Positions 18,541-27,883 of a stretch of DNA of 64,000 nt are shown one piece after another; position 1 is the first letter of the stretch, and every line of letters starts with the position of its first letter. The notes beneath the pieces were generated by a model. It had not been told where the DNA came from. It did no database searches and was given only the letters and a program-made list of their open reading frames with translations. A program made the translations under genes and the position numbers. The stretch comes from a candidate division WWE3 bacterium (lineage in GTDB: Bacteria; Patescibacteriota; WWE3; UBA101185; UBA10185), in NCBI GenBank assembly GCA_016182565.1, contig JACPGI010000009.1:19154-83153 (forward strand). Reading direction: 5' to 3'.

Positions 18541-18651
18541 ATCAGTTTAAATTAAAATTAGGTTTTAATTTCATATTTGAGTTAGATTTTTATAATCTTC
18601 ACAGAGGTATTTATTTATTATATAAAATTTATATAGGATAATTTATTTTAT

Positions 18652-18712
18652 TATCTAATCTTATTAGATACTTAAGTGTTGAATAAGTTTACTGTATTGA
18701 TAGAATGCTATC
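18652..18712 (+). promoter_or_regulatory. recA promoter region: TTGAAT (18679-18684), 16 nt, TAGAAT (18701-18706). Perfect inverted repeat TATCTAAT-ctt-ATTAGATA (18652-18670) and TGATAG-aatg-CTATCA (18697-18712) overlapping the -10.
   Basis: Direct reading of the AT-rich 200-nt intergenic region upstream of recA ATG 18738 (SD GGAAAGG). Confidence 0.35.
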
Positions 18713-18737
18713 AGTTACAAATTTTAGGAAAGGTTAT

Positions 18738-19838
18738 ATGTCTATTGCAAAAACTACAAAAGATAAAGACAAAGATACTGTTAAAAAGAATCGAGACATT
18801 GCCCTTGACTCAGCACTCGCCCAGATACAAAAAAGTTTTGGGGAAGGTTCTATTATGAAATTTGGTGATCCAAAATCTCTTCAGCAAATAGAGACAATAT
18901 CAACAGGTTCTATAGCACTTGATTTGGCTTTGGGAGTTGGTGGGGTTCCAAGGGGCCGAATTATTGAAATATATGGTCCTGAGTCTTCTGGTAAAACAAC
19001 ACTTGTACAGCATATTATTGCTGAAGCTCAGAAAGCTGGGGGAACTGCTGCTTTGATAGATGCTGAACACGCCTTTGACCCAATATATGCGGTTAAAACC
19101 GGTGTCAAAATTGATGAACTACTTGTTTCTCAGCCAGATACTGGTGAACAAGCTCTAGATATTGCAGAGACTCTTATTAGATCAAACGCTGTAGATATCA
19201 TAGCTATTGATTCAGTAGCGGCTTTAGTTCCCCGCGCAGAAATTGAAGGAGATATTGGTGATAGTCACATTGCATTACAGGCACGTCTTATGAGCCAAGC
19301 ATTAAGAAGGATTTCAGGAGCTGTGAGCAGGTCAAAATGTGTTGTTATATTTACTAATCAACTTAGGATGAAAATTGGCATAATGTTTGGTAATCCAGAG
19401 GTCACACCAGGTGGAAGAGCATTAAAGTTTTATGCTTCAGTTCGAATGGATATTAGAAGAGTAGACTCAGTCAAAGAAGGTCCAGAAGCGACTGGTATTA
19501 GAACTAGAGTAAAAATCGTTAAAAATAAAGTTGCTCCACCTTTTAGGGTTGCTGAGTTTGACATAATGTTTAATGAGGGAATAAGTAAAGAGGGTGGTTT
19601 GATTGATGTTGGTGTTGAGTTGGAACTTGTTAAAAAAAGTGGGGCTTGGTATGAATATAACGGTGAAAAGCTTGGTCAGGGTAAAGAGGCTGCAAAAAAT
19701 ACACTAAGGGCTAACCATAAACTTGCGCAGGAGATTGAGAAAAAAATTAGAGATAAAGTTAAAGAGCAACATGATATTCCCCTGCAAGTAGGTGGTGAGG
19801 AAACACTTGAAGACGAGAATCTACAGGATTTAGATTAA
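18738..19838 (+). CDS. recA: Recombinase RecA
   Basis: Walker [10 protein letters not shown]. RecA signature [15 protein letters not shown]1/L2 loop regions. Confidence 0.95.
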   Translation: MSIAKTTKDKDKDTVKKNRDIALDSALAQIQKSFGEGSIMKFGDPKSLQQIETISTGSIALDLALGVGGVPRGRIIEIYGPESSGKTTLVQHIIAEAQKAGGTAALIDAEHAFDPIYAVKTGVKIDELLVSQPDTGEQALDIAETLIRSNAVDIIAIDSVAALVPRAEIEGDIGDSHIALQARLMSQALRRISGAVSRSKCVVIFTNQLRMKIGIMFGNPEVTPGGRALKFYASVRMDIRRVDSVKEGPEATGIRTRVKIVKNKVAPPFRVAEFDIMFNEGISKEGGLIDVGVELELVKKSGAWYEYNGEKLGQGKEAAKNTLRANHKLAQEIEKKIRDKVKEQHDIPLQVGGEETLEDENLQDLD

Positions 19839-19862
19839 GAGTACAAGCTTAATTAAATTAAT

Positions 19863-20528
19863 ATGCCCTTAATAACAAAGGTTGCGCCTCAGAAGAAGGC
19901 AAGTGATAGGTTTAATGTTTTTGTAGACGGTAAGTATTCCTTTGCTGTGTCTCTTGATGTTTTACTTCAGTTTAAATTAAAAGAGAGAGCTGAAATTAGT
20001 GAAAACGATTTAAAAAAAATACTTTCCGAGGAAAGCTTTTCTAAATTGTACTCCAAAGCCCTTAGTTTTATTTCATATCAAAATCGCACAAGAAAAGAAG
20101 TTTGGGATAAGTTATCTCGAATACTTTGTAAAACCGTTGATGATAAAAGAGAACGCGAAGACATTATTGACAAAATTTTAACTAGGATTGAAACTGCCGG
20201 TTTTGTAGATGACTCTAATTATGCTAGGCTGTATATCCAAAATGCATTAACACTAAAGTCCCCACCTTCCAGATATAAAATTAAGGAGTTTCTAAAACGT
20301 AAAGGCGTAAATCCTGAACTTATAACAGTTCAAATGGAAGACTATACGCCTGAAAATGAAGACGACAGTGCTAAAGTAGCTTTTAACAAGAAAATAAAGC
20401 AACTTGGGGGTATATCAGAGCTTAAAGACCCTAAGGTTAAAGCCAAGATTTGGCGTTTTATGGCAGGACGTGGTTATTCTGCTGATACCATCAAAAGCTT
20501 GTTTGACACTATCCCCCAAGTCTACTAG
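19863..20528 (+). CDS. recX: RecA regulator RecX
   Basis: Immediately downstream of recA. RecX-like three-repeat helical protein. N-terminal pattern RFNVFVDGKYSFAVSLDVL is typical of RecX. Confidence 0.75.
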   Translation: MPLITKVAPQKKASDRFNVFVDGKYSFAVSLDVLLQFKLKERAEISENDLKKILSEESFSKLYSKALSFISYQNRTRKEVWDKLSRILCKTVDDKREREDIIDKILTRIETAGFVDDSNYARLYIQNALTLKSPPSRYKIKEFLKRKGVNPELITVQMEDYTPENEDDSAKVAFNKKIKQLGGISELKDPKVKAKIWRFMAGRGYSADTIKSLFDTIPQVY

Positions 20529-20739
20529 AATGGGGCGTAGCTGAAATTTCGCGTCTTGGCCTTAAAAACTTAAGGTTTAAGATAGAATAAACTTACAAAA
20601 CATATGGAAAATGGCTTTTTGACTTTAACCAAGAAATCAACAAGACAAACACATTCATAAGAGATGTGTTATTCCCATGTTCTTTTGTTTGCTAATTTTT
20701 CAGCACATGTAGAAATTTAAATAGTTTATTGGAGGCATT

Positions 20740-22302
20740 ATGATTGATATAACAACGATATTAACAGTTTTACTTACTGCGGGTGTTGGTTTTGGAGTTG
20801 CCTATTTTTTATTTAGTTCAAAAGGCAATAAAAATGCTTCAGCAGAGGTTATAGCTACAAATGTTGCTAAAGAAACAGTTGCAAATACTGTTGCAAAAGA
20901 ATCAATAGTTATAGAGGCTCAGGCCAAAGCCAAGGAGATTGTGTTTGAAGCTAGGGACAAGGCTTTTAAAATAACTCAAGATGCTCAAAAAGAGTCTTTG
21001 GATCTTAAAAATAAGGCTGTAGAAGATTCCCAAAAGATGTCCGTGAAAAAGGTCGAAATTGAAGCTAAAGAAAAACAACTTGCGTATGAAAAACAACAAC
21101 TTGATGCCTCCAAGGAAGTCTTAGCTAAAAAAAGAGAGGAATTAGAGCAAGCAATTTTGGCACAACAAGATAAGCTCCAAAAAATTGCCGGACTCTCCAA
21201 AGAAGAAGCCAAAAAAAGTCTTCTTGACTCTTTTCAAAACGAACTTATTAGTGAAAAAGGCAAAAAACTAAAAGATATGCAGGAAGATATCGAAAGAGAG
21301 TCTGATGAAAAAGCAAAGGAAATTTTGATATTTGCAATGCGCCAAGCTGTTACTGATTATGTAGTTGAATACTCCACTTCAAAAGTAAAACTTCCTGAAG
21401 AAGATATGAAAGGCAGAATCATTGGAAAAGAGGGAAGAAACATAAGAGCATTCGAAGAGTTAACCGGAGTTGAACTCGAACTTGATGAGACTCCAGGTGA
21501 AATAATAATTTCATCTTTTGATCCAGTTAGAAGAGAAATTGCAAAGATTGCACTAGAAAAACTTGTGATTGATGGCAGGATTCAACCAGCAAAAATAGAA
21601 GAAGTTGTAGAAAAAACTAGGGCTGAGGTCGAAAAGATCTTATTTAAAGAGGGTGATAATCTTTGTCACAGGCTTGGAGTTTATAATTTGCCAAAAGAGA
21701 TTATAGAGACACTCGGTAGATTCAAATATAGATTTTCTTATGGTCAAAACATGATTGAGCATTCACTTGAAGTTACAAAAATAGGCATGGCAATTGCATC
21801 TGAGGTTGGTGCAAATATTGAAGTTGTGAAGCTTGGGTGTCTATTACATGATATAGGTAAAGTTTTAGAAGGCGAGGGATCTCATGTTCAGCTTGGAGTT
21901 GAATTTCTTACTAAGCACAGAGTTAAAAAAGAAGTAATTGCATGTGTCGAAGAACATCATGAAGACAAACCGTTTAGTTCAATTGAATCAACAATTGTCC
22001 AGATGGCAGATCATATTAGTGGTGCACGACCAAGTGCAAGATCAGAAGATTATGAGTCTTACGTAAAAAGAATGAAAGACCTAGAGGAAGCAGCTTATAC
22101 TTTTCAAGGGATTGATAAGGCATTTGCTATTTCAGCTGGACGAGAGGTTAGAGTCTTCGTGAAGCCAGAAATAGTGGATGATGCATCTGCAGCTTTAATT
22201 GCAAGAGAAATTGCACGTAAGATTGAGCTTGAGCAAACATATCCTGGAGTTGTCAAAGTTACAGTAATAAGAGAGACCAGAGTAACTGAAACCGCGAAGT
22301 AA
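20740..22302 (+). CDS. rny: Ribonuclease Y
   Basis: N-terminal TM. Coiled-coil region. KH domain (GRIIGKEGRNIRAFEELTGV). HD domain (LLHDIGK...HH). Confidence 0.9.
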   Translation: MIDITTILTVLLTAGVGFGVAYFLFSSKGNKNASAEVIATNVAKETVANTVAKESIVIEAQAKAKEIVFEARDKAFKITQDAQKESLDLKNKAVEDSQKMSVKKVEIEAKEKQLAYEKQQLDASKEVLAKKREELEQAILAQQDKLQKIAGLSKEEAKKSLLDSFQNELISEKGKKLKDMQEDIERESDEKAKEILIFAMRQAVTDYVVEYSTSKVKLPEEDMKGRIIGKEGRNIRAFEELTGVELELDETPGEIIISSFDPVRREIAKIALEKLVIDGRIQPAKIEEVVEKTRAEVEKILFKEGDNLCHRLGVYNLPKEIIETLGRFKYRFSYGQNMIEHSLEVTKIGMAIASEVGANIEVVKLGCLLHDIGKVLEGEGSHVQLGVEFLTKHRVKKEVIACVEEHHEDKPFSSIESTIVQMADHISGARPSARSEDYESYVKRMKDLEEAAYTFQGIDKAFAISAGREVRVFVKPEIVDDASAALIAREIARKIELEQTYPGVVKVTVIRETRVTETAK

Positions 22303-22455
22303 CAGGCAGTAAAAGTATTGCAATCTTTTTTATGGCGTGGTAACAATGAATGGCGATAAGAAGTGAGTAATGACGTGTAAAAAATAAAAGACTTTAAAGT
22401 TTGATATTCGAAATACGAAAATCAAAGTCGTCAAAGGGAAGGCAAGAAAAAGTTT

Positions 22456-23226
22456 ATGAGAATTCTTTTTATTGGAGATATAGTTTCAAGACCTGGAAGA
22501 GATGCAGTAAAGCATGTTTTACCGGGTATAATTAAAGAAGAAGAAATTGATTTTGTTATAGCCAATGCCGAAAATTTAGCTCATGGAAGAGGTGCAACCG
22601 TTGGAACTATTGAAGAAATGCAAGACGCCGGTGTAGATTTTTTTACTGGGGGTGATCATTTGTTTTGGCATGCTGGTTTTGATGTTGATATAAAAGACCT
22701 TCCGGTAATCCGTCCTGCAAATTATCCAGATACAGTTCCAGGTGAAGGATTTAAAGTTGTGGAAACCGACAAAGGTAGACTTCTTATTATTGATTTGATG
22801 GGACAGACTTTTATAAATGAACCATTAAGTAATCCCTTTATTGAAGTAGATACAATATTAGATAAATTCAAAAACGAAAAGCTAGACGGCATACTGGTTG
22901 AATTCCATGGTGAGGCGACAAGTGATAAGGTAGCCATGGGTTTTTATCTTGATGGTAGAGTTAATGCGTTAGTCGGGACTCATACTCACATACCAACCTG
23001 TGATGAAAAACTACTCCCAAAAGGAACAATGTATATAACAGATATTGGCATGACTGGCTGTATTGACTCAGTTCTTGGTGTTAAGAAGGAAATTATATTG
23101 GATAGAGTTGTAAGAGCAAAGAAACAGAAATTTGAATGGGAAACTGTTGGCAGAAGCGAATTTAGAAGTGTTCTTGTGGATATAACTACAAAAGAGATAA
23201 GGCGTGTTGATCGTAAACTTTATTAG
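22456..23226 (+). CDS. ymdB: YmdB-like metallophosphoesterase (2',3'-cyclic-nucleotide phosphodiesterase family, TIGR00282-like)
   Basis: MRILFIGDIVSRPGR...NAENLAHGRG and GDH motifs of the calcineurin-like fold. Immediately downstream of rny, as in Bacillus. Confidence 0.75.
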   Translation: MRILFIGDIVSRPGRDAVKHVLPGIIKEEEIDFVIANAENLAHGRGATVGTIEEMQDAGVDFFTGGDHLFWHAGFDVDIKDLPVIRPANYPDTVPGEGFKVVETDKGRLLIIDLMGQTFINEPLSNPFIEVDTILDKFKNEKLDGILVEFHGEATSDKVAMGFYLDGRVNALVGTHTHIPTCDEKLLPKGTMYITDIGMTGCIDSVLGVKKEIILDRVVRAKKQKFEWETVGRSEFRSVLVDITTKEIRRVDRKLY

Positions 23227-23320
23227 TTGTTTTAGGATTTATCCAAAGCGATTAGTAAAGATAATTTTATTTGCCGAATTTGGTTGCCGCCAGGCATTAT
23301 TGAAGGGGGGTGTATTGTAA

Positions 23321-23593
23321 ATGACAAAGCAAGACTTAGTAAACGCATTAGCAGACAAAGCCGGAATAACTAAAGTAGATGCACAAAAAGCAGTTGATGC
23401 TTTGGGTGATATCGTAACTGCAGCTTTAGCAAAAGGCGAGAAAGTTACATGGACAGGTTTTGGAACATTCGAAGTAAGAATGAGAGCCGCAAGAATGGGA
23501 AGAAACCCACAAACAGGTGCTCCATTGCATATCCCAGCAGGAAAAACTCCTGCCTTTCGAGCTGGTAAGAGCATGAAAGATGCAGTAAAGTAG
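23321..23593 (+). CDS. hup: DNA-binding protein HU
   Basis: 90 aa. MTKQDLVNALADKAG...GFGTFEVRMRAARMGRNPQTGAPLHIPAGKTPAFRAGK, including the arm motif RNPQTG. Confidence 0.9.
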   Translation: MTKQDLVNALADKAGITKVDAQKAVDALGDIVTAALAKGEKVTWTGFGTFEVRMRAARMGRNPQTGAPLHIPAGKTPAFRAGKSMKDAVK

Positions 23594-23647
23594 TAGCTTT
23601 CACTTTCTGTAGATTTGTTAAGAGAAAAATTAGAGTCGACTCAAAAG

Positions 23648-23682
23648 AAAAGACCCCTCAGGACGCTGTTGGGGTCTTTTCA
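23648..23682. terminator. Bidirectional intrinsic terminator (AGACCCC-N13-GGGGTCT flanked by A-run and U-run) shared by hup (+) and the convergent small gene (-)
   Basis: GC-rich 7-bp stem with AAAAG upstream and TTTT downstream. Confidence 0.6.
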
Positions 23683-23705
23683 CATAAACTGCATATTTAA
23701 TTAAT

Positions 23706-23918
23706 TCACGCTGCTATTGGCATTGCAGTGCGCAAGTGTTTTTGGTGCTCCTCAATATCTAGATCGAGAGCTTTGAGGAAATCACCAATTTGAGCAATCT
23801 GTGTTTCGTTTTCAAGAGTCAGGTTCTTTTTCAACTCATTCACCTGCGCCAGCAGATCGCGTTGGAGTTTCTTTTTTTCTGCCAGTTGCGTCGGGATCCT
23901 TAGAATTAAATTTGCCAT
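23706..23918 (-). CDS. Hypothetical 70-aa coiled-coil protein
   Basis: Strong SD (AGAGGAGAG) upstream on the - strand. Heptad-like charged sequence with no TM. Confidence 0.5.
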   Translation of the reverse strand: MANLILRIPTQLAEKKKLQRDLLAQVNELKKNLTLENETQIAQIGDFLKALDLDIEEHQKHLRTAMPIAA

Positions 23919-24049
23919 AGTGGCTCTCCTCTGTGAGTATATTTTATTTCTGGCCGGAGTATACCAAACCTATAGTAGATGTCAAATTCGTGTTATTAAC
24001 CAAATTCTCGCCGATTCTTATCTTAATAACATCATGCTAAAATATTTCT

Positions 24050-24697
24050 ATGAAATTACTCCTGACATCTGCTGGGATAACAAATGATGCAATTAAGAAC
24101 TCTTTATTAAATCTTGCAGGTAAGGGATTTAATGAGCTTCATATTGCCTTTATTGAGACTGCGTCAAACCCCGAGATCGATAAATCTTTCTTGGAAAAAG
24201 ATTACAAATACCTGATAGATCAAGGTACCCAAGATATTATGCGAATAGATTTTAGTAAGAAATTAGACGAGGATACATATAATTTTCTTGAAAACTGTGA
24301 TGTAATCTGGATGGCTGGGGGAAATACTTTCTATTTATTAAATGAGTTAAGGGTCTCAGGTTTTGGTGAATTTTTGACAAGAGTAATTGAAAATAAAGTT
24401 TATGTTGGAGTGAGTGCTGGAAGTATTGTTGCAACAAGTAGTGTAGCTATAGCAAATGTAGAGCCAGCCGATGAAAACGTTGTTGGAATTGAGGATTTTA
24501 CCGGACTTTGTTGGGTAAATTTTGAGATATCACCCCATACTCCTGAGATAGTAAGTCTTGAATCTGTAGAAAAATACTCAAAAGAAAATAATTCCCATAT
24601 TTTTGCATTTGATGATAAAACCGCCTTAGAATTAAATAATGGGGAAATGGTTGTAGTTTCGGAGGGTTTTTGGCAGGAACTTGGGGTGTCAATTTAG
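24050..24697 (+). CDS. Peptidase E / S51-family dipeptidase (cyanophycinase-like)
   Basis: LLLTSAG, GGNTFYLL and nucleophile-elbow GVSAGS motifs characteristic of peptidase S51. Confidence 0.65.
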   Translation: MKLLLTSAGITNDAIKNSLLNLAGKGFNELHIAFIETASNPEIDKSFLEKDYKYLIDQGTQDIMRIDFSKKLDEDTYNFLENCDVIWMAGGNTFYLLNELRVSGFGEFLTRVIENKVYVGVSAGSIVATSSVAIANVEPADENVVGIEDFTGLCWVNFEISPHTPEIVSLESVEKYSKENNSHIFAFDDKTALELNNGEMVVVSEGFWQELGVSI

Positions 24698-24745
24698 GTC
24701 AAAAGTATAACTCGACACCCCGCCAATAGAGCATTATAATAACAA

Positions 24746-25711
24746 ATGATGATTACTCCCACTTATAATACAGGAAGTCATATTATTGAAAAATACCAGT
24801 TTTTGCACCACTTTTTGCCCCATCCCGACACCAAAAAAAGGGCAAAACTGCTTCAACACAACGCGATGGCAACATACGCGCTTGTATTAGTACTTTTTAT
24901 TGGCGTATTTCGTATAACGCCAAGATTTGCACCGGGTATTTTAGGTTACAGTTCTGATATCAGTGTTTCAGATCTTCTAAAAAGTACCAACAAATATAGA
25001 AATGAAAATGGTCTAAAGACCTTAAGACTTAACACGGCCCTCACAAAAGCTGCCGAGAGTAAAGCGCGACATATGTTTGCCCAAAACTATTGGGCTCATG
25101 TAGCACCAGATGGTACAACACCTTGGGATTTTATACTTGAATCTAAATATGATTATTCCTATGCCGGTGAAAATTTAGCTAAAAATTTTGATAGTTCAAA
25201 CGATGTAGTTAAGGCTTGGATAAATTCCCCGTCCCATAGAGAAAATCTACTTGGTGCAAATTATGACGAAATAGGGTTTGCTGTAGTGAACGGAATATTA
25301 GATGGTTATGAAACTACCCTTGTTGTTCAAATGTTTGGTAAACCACGTGCATCAATTCCTATTGCTAGCGAGGAAGAGGAGACAAAGCTTTTGACTGCAT
25401 ACGAATCAAAGTCTGTTGTTGAAGCACCATCAACCCAATCCGCCAATTATCCAGTTTTAGAAAAGCCAAGTTTGAGTTTTGTACCTTCAAGGTCTGAAGA
25501 AGTACTGCCTGCTGTTGATGTGACTACAGCCTCTAAATCTATTACCTTAGTAGTTTCTGCATTTCTATTTATACTTCTTGCCTTAGATGTTTGGTATACC
25601 AAAAGAAAAGCAATTCCTCGCCTTTCGGGAAACGTTTTTGCACATATAACATTTTTGGTAATGACTGTAGTTGGGGTTTGGTTTGCACTAACTCCGGGAA
25701 TAGTTTTATAA
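24746..25711 (+). CDS. CAP/SCP (PR-1-like, YkwD-type) domain protein with N- and C-terminal TM anchors
   Basis: CAP motifs (YRNENGLKTL...HMFAQNYWAHV...GENLAKNF...WINSPSHRENLL...IGFAVV). Hydrophobic C-terminal tail. Confidence 0.7.
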   Translation: MMITPTYNTGSHIIEKYQFLHHFLPHPDTKKRAKLLQHNAMATYALVLVLFIGVFRITPRFAPGILGYSSDISVSDLLKSTNKYRNENGLKTLRLNTALTKAAESKARHMFAQNYWAHVAPDGTTPWDFILESKYDYSYAGENLAKNFDSSNDVVKAWINSPSHRENLLGANYDEIGFAVVNGILDGYETTLVVQMFGKPRASIPIASEEEETKLLTAYESKSVVEAPSTQSANYPVLEKPSLSFVPSRSEEVLPAVDVTTASKSITLVVSAFLFILLALDVWYTKRKAIPRLSGNVFAHITFLVMTVVGVWFALTPGIVL

Positions 25712-25712
25712 G

Positions 25713-25964
25713 ATGAAATTAAAAGAAACTTTACATATTTTTATATTAGTAGTTGGTCTAAGTCTTGTAGTTTTTTTTATGTATTTTTTTAGATTTAACA
25801 GGGATGCTCAGATTTTTACTGGACTTTTTGGTTGCATTTATTATACTGTCTGGGGCATAATTCACCATGCGTTGAAAGAACGGCTAAGTAGAACAATTGT
25901 CTTAGAGTATGTTTTATTAGGGCTTGTTGTGTTTTTGCTTTTGCTAATGTCTTTCACGTTTTAA
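25713..25964 (+). CDS. Small 2-TM membrane protein (possibly DUF2304-like partner of the downstream GT2)
   Basis: 83 aa with two hydrophobic helices. Directly precedes and is nearly contiguous with the GT2-GtrA gene. Confidence 0.45.
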   Translation: MKLKETLHIFILVVGLSLVVFFMYFFRFNRDAQIFTGLFGCIYYTVWGIIHHALKERLSRTIVLEYVLLGLVVFLLLLMSFTF

Positions 25965-25968
25965 AAAT

Positions 25969-27093
25969 ATGAAAGTTGTAATTGTAGTTCCTACATATAA
26001 CGAGGGTGATAATATTGGGCAACTTCTACCTATATTATTGGAAGAATTTAAACAAATCCCAAACCATAAATGTCATGTACTTGTAGTTGATGGCAATTCT
26101 ACAGATAAAACTCAGGAGATTGTTCAAAGTTTTGCAGATGAAAACCCAAATATTCATTTACTTGTTGAAACTGAGAAATCCGGTATAGGGGGAGCTTACG
26201 TGAAAGCTTTTAAAAAAGCCATGCACGAAATGGGTGCTGAGGTTGTGATGGAAATGGATGCAGATATGCAACATGACCCAAGGGATGTAAAACGATTTTT
26301 GGCGGAAATTGATAATGGTTTTGATTATGTGATAGGTTCCAGATATGTTGACGGTGGGGCAATACCACAGGAATGGGGTTTTCACCGGAAATTTCTAAGT
26401 TGGGGCGGTAGCATGTTTGCAAGAATTATGCTTGGGATGTGGAGTATTAAGGATTTTACAACTGGTTATAAAGCAACTCGAGTTAAAGGTATTTTAGATA
26501 GACTCGATTTAGATAGTGTTTTGTCTCAAGGTTTTGCTTATAAAATTGATTTTTTGTATAAGACATTTAAGCTTGGAGCAAAGATAAAAGAAATACCTAT
26601 TACCTTTGGACTTAGAGATCGAGGTGATTCTAAGATTGAAAGGACTACAGCACTCGATTCGCTAAAAGTTGTTTTAACAATCAGGTACAAAGAAAACAGC
26701 AGTTTCTTTAAATTTTTGATTACCGGGTTAATAGGCATGTTTTTTGATTTTGCCTTTGCCAATTTACTTAAATTTTCCGGTATTCGCTCAGGGTTTTCTG
26801 CAAGTCTGGCAGCACTTATTGCTATGCTTGTGACCTTTACCCTAAATAATAATTGGTCCTTTAAATCAAGTGCTATAAAGGGAGTTTCAGATATATCAAG
26901 AAATTTGGTTGTGTATATTTTTTCATCTTCGCTTCCGATAATCTTAAGATTTTTTATTGTAGAGGTACTAATCGTTTCATTTGGTGATAATTTTATGATT
27001 TATAATCTAGCTTTAATAGTCAGTATAGTCATAGGAATTGCTTGGAATTATTTTGTATATAGTAAGTTTATATGGAAAAAGACAAATGGTTGA
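25969..27093 (+). CDS. GT2 polyprenol-phosphate sugar synthase (Dpm1/Ppm1/CsbB-like) fused to a C-terminal GtrA-like 4-TM domain
   Basis: VIVVPTYNEGDNI, VLVVDGNSTDKT, DADMQHDP (DxD) and a GtrA-like hydrophobic C-terminus (FLITGLIGMFFDFAFANLL...). Confidence 0.8.
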   Translation: MKVVIVVPTYNEGDNIGQLLPILLEEFKQIPNHKCHVLVVDGNSTDKTQEIVQSFADENPNIHLLVETEKSGIGGAYVKAFKKAMHEMGAEVVMEMDADMQHDPRDVKRFLAEIDNGFDYVIGSRYVDGGAIPQEWGFHRKFLSWGGSMFARIMLGMWSIKDFTTGYKATRVKGILDRLDLDSVLSQGFAYKIDFLYKTFKLGAKIKEIPITFGLRDRGDSKIERTTALDSLKVVLTIRYKENSSFFKFLITGLIGMFFDFAFANLLKFSGIRSGFSASLAALIAMLVTFTLNNNWSFKSSAIKGVSDISRNLVVYIFSSSLPIILRFFIVEVLIVSFGDNFMIYNLALIVSIVIGIAWNYFVYSKFIWKKTNG

Positions 27094-27847
27094 TTTTTCT
27101 ATTATCATCCCAGCCTATAACGAAGAGTCTGGTATTACAAGTTCATTAACCCAAGTTCTAAACTTCATGCGTGGGTACAATGATAATTTTGAAATTATCG
27201 TTGTAGACGATGGAAGCAGTGATAGAACTTGTGAAAAAGTGGAAGCCTATGCCCGCGAAAATCAAGTAGTATCAGTTGTGAGAAATCCACATAAAGGTAA
27301 GGCCTTTGCGATAAGAACCGGTATTCTAATGTCATCTGGAAAATATGTTTTGATGGCAGATGCTGATATGGCAACGCCTATCGAAGAGTTAAAAAGACTT
27401 ATGGTTTGGATAACGGACCACAACTTTGACATTGTAATTGCCTCTCGAGAGGGAATCGGAGCAAAAAGATTTAATGAGCCATTAATGCGCCATATTATGG
27501 GCCGTGTTTTTAATACAATTATAAGATTTGTTAGTATTCAAGATTTTCAAGACACTCAATGTGGTTTCAAAGTTTTCAAGGGTGATGTGGCAAAAAATAT
27601 TTTTGGGAAACTTTTGTTATTTGGTGCAGATTCTCCAAACATTAAAAACGCGCGCGTTTCTGCTTTTGATGTTGAAGTTCTAATTGTTGCAAAAAGACTT
27701 GGGTACAGAACAAAAGAAGTTCCTGTGAGTTGGACTTATGTACCGACAGTTCGTGTAAATCCATTTCGAGATTCCCTACTAAATCTTTTAGATGTGCTAA
27801 AAGTAAAACTAAACGATATTTTAGGTAAATACTCTAATTATAATTAA
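27086..27847 (+). CDS. GT2 glycosyltransferase (polyprenol-phosphate glycosyltransferase-like, soluble)
   Basis: FSIIIPAYNEE, IIVVDDGSSDRT and MADADMATP. The start overlaps the upstream stop (ATGGTTGA). Confidence 0.8.
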   Translation: MVDFSIIIPAYNEESGITSSLTQVLNFMRGYNDNFEIIVVDDGSSDRTCEKVEAYARENQVVSVVRNPHKGKAFAIRTGILMSSGKYVLMADADMATPIEELKRLMVWITDHNFDIVIASREGIGAKRFNEPLMRHIMGRVFNTIIRFVSIQDFQDTQCGFKVFKGDVAKNIFGKLLLFGADSPNIKNARVSAFDVEVLIVAKRLGYRTKEVPVSWTYVPTVRVNPFRDSLLNLLDVLKVKLNDILGKYSNYN

Positions 27848-27883
27848 GTATTATGTTGGGCAGTTGCCCTAGAAAGGTGTTCT

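Noticed and set aside
18690-18715. E. coli-type LexA box (CTGT-N8-ACAG) in the recA promoter
   Set aside because: CTGT and CAG occur, but with 15-nt spacing. There is no Cheo box (GAAC-N4-GTTC) either, so no known SOS-box family can be claimed.
18676-18858. 60-aa ORF and the 18705 start overlapping the recA 5' region
   Set aside because: These are alternative frames or extensions through the recA promoter. RecA homology begins at the ATG at 18738, which has an SD (GGAAAGG).
20640-20675. Hairpin AACACAT-N9-ATGTGTT downstream of recX as a terminator
   Set aside because: It is only a 7-bp AT-rich stem, about 120 nt past the stop, with a weak U-tract, so it is not convincing.
23239-23574. 111-aa - strand ORF covering hup
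   Set aside because: It is antisense to the unmistakable HU gene. Its Ala/Pro-rich translation is typical of antisense reading of a GC-richer gene.
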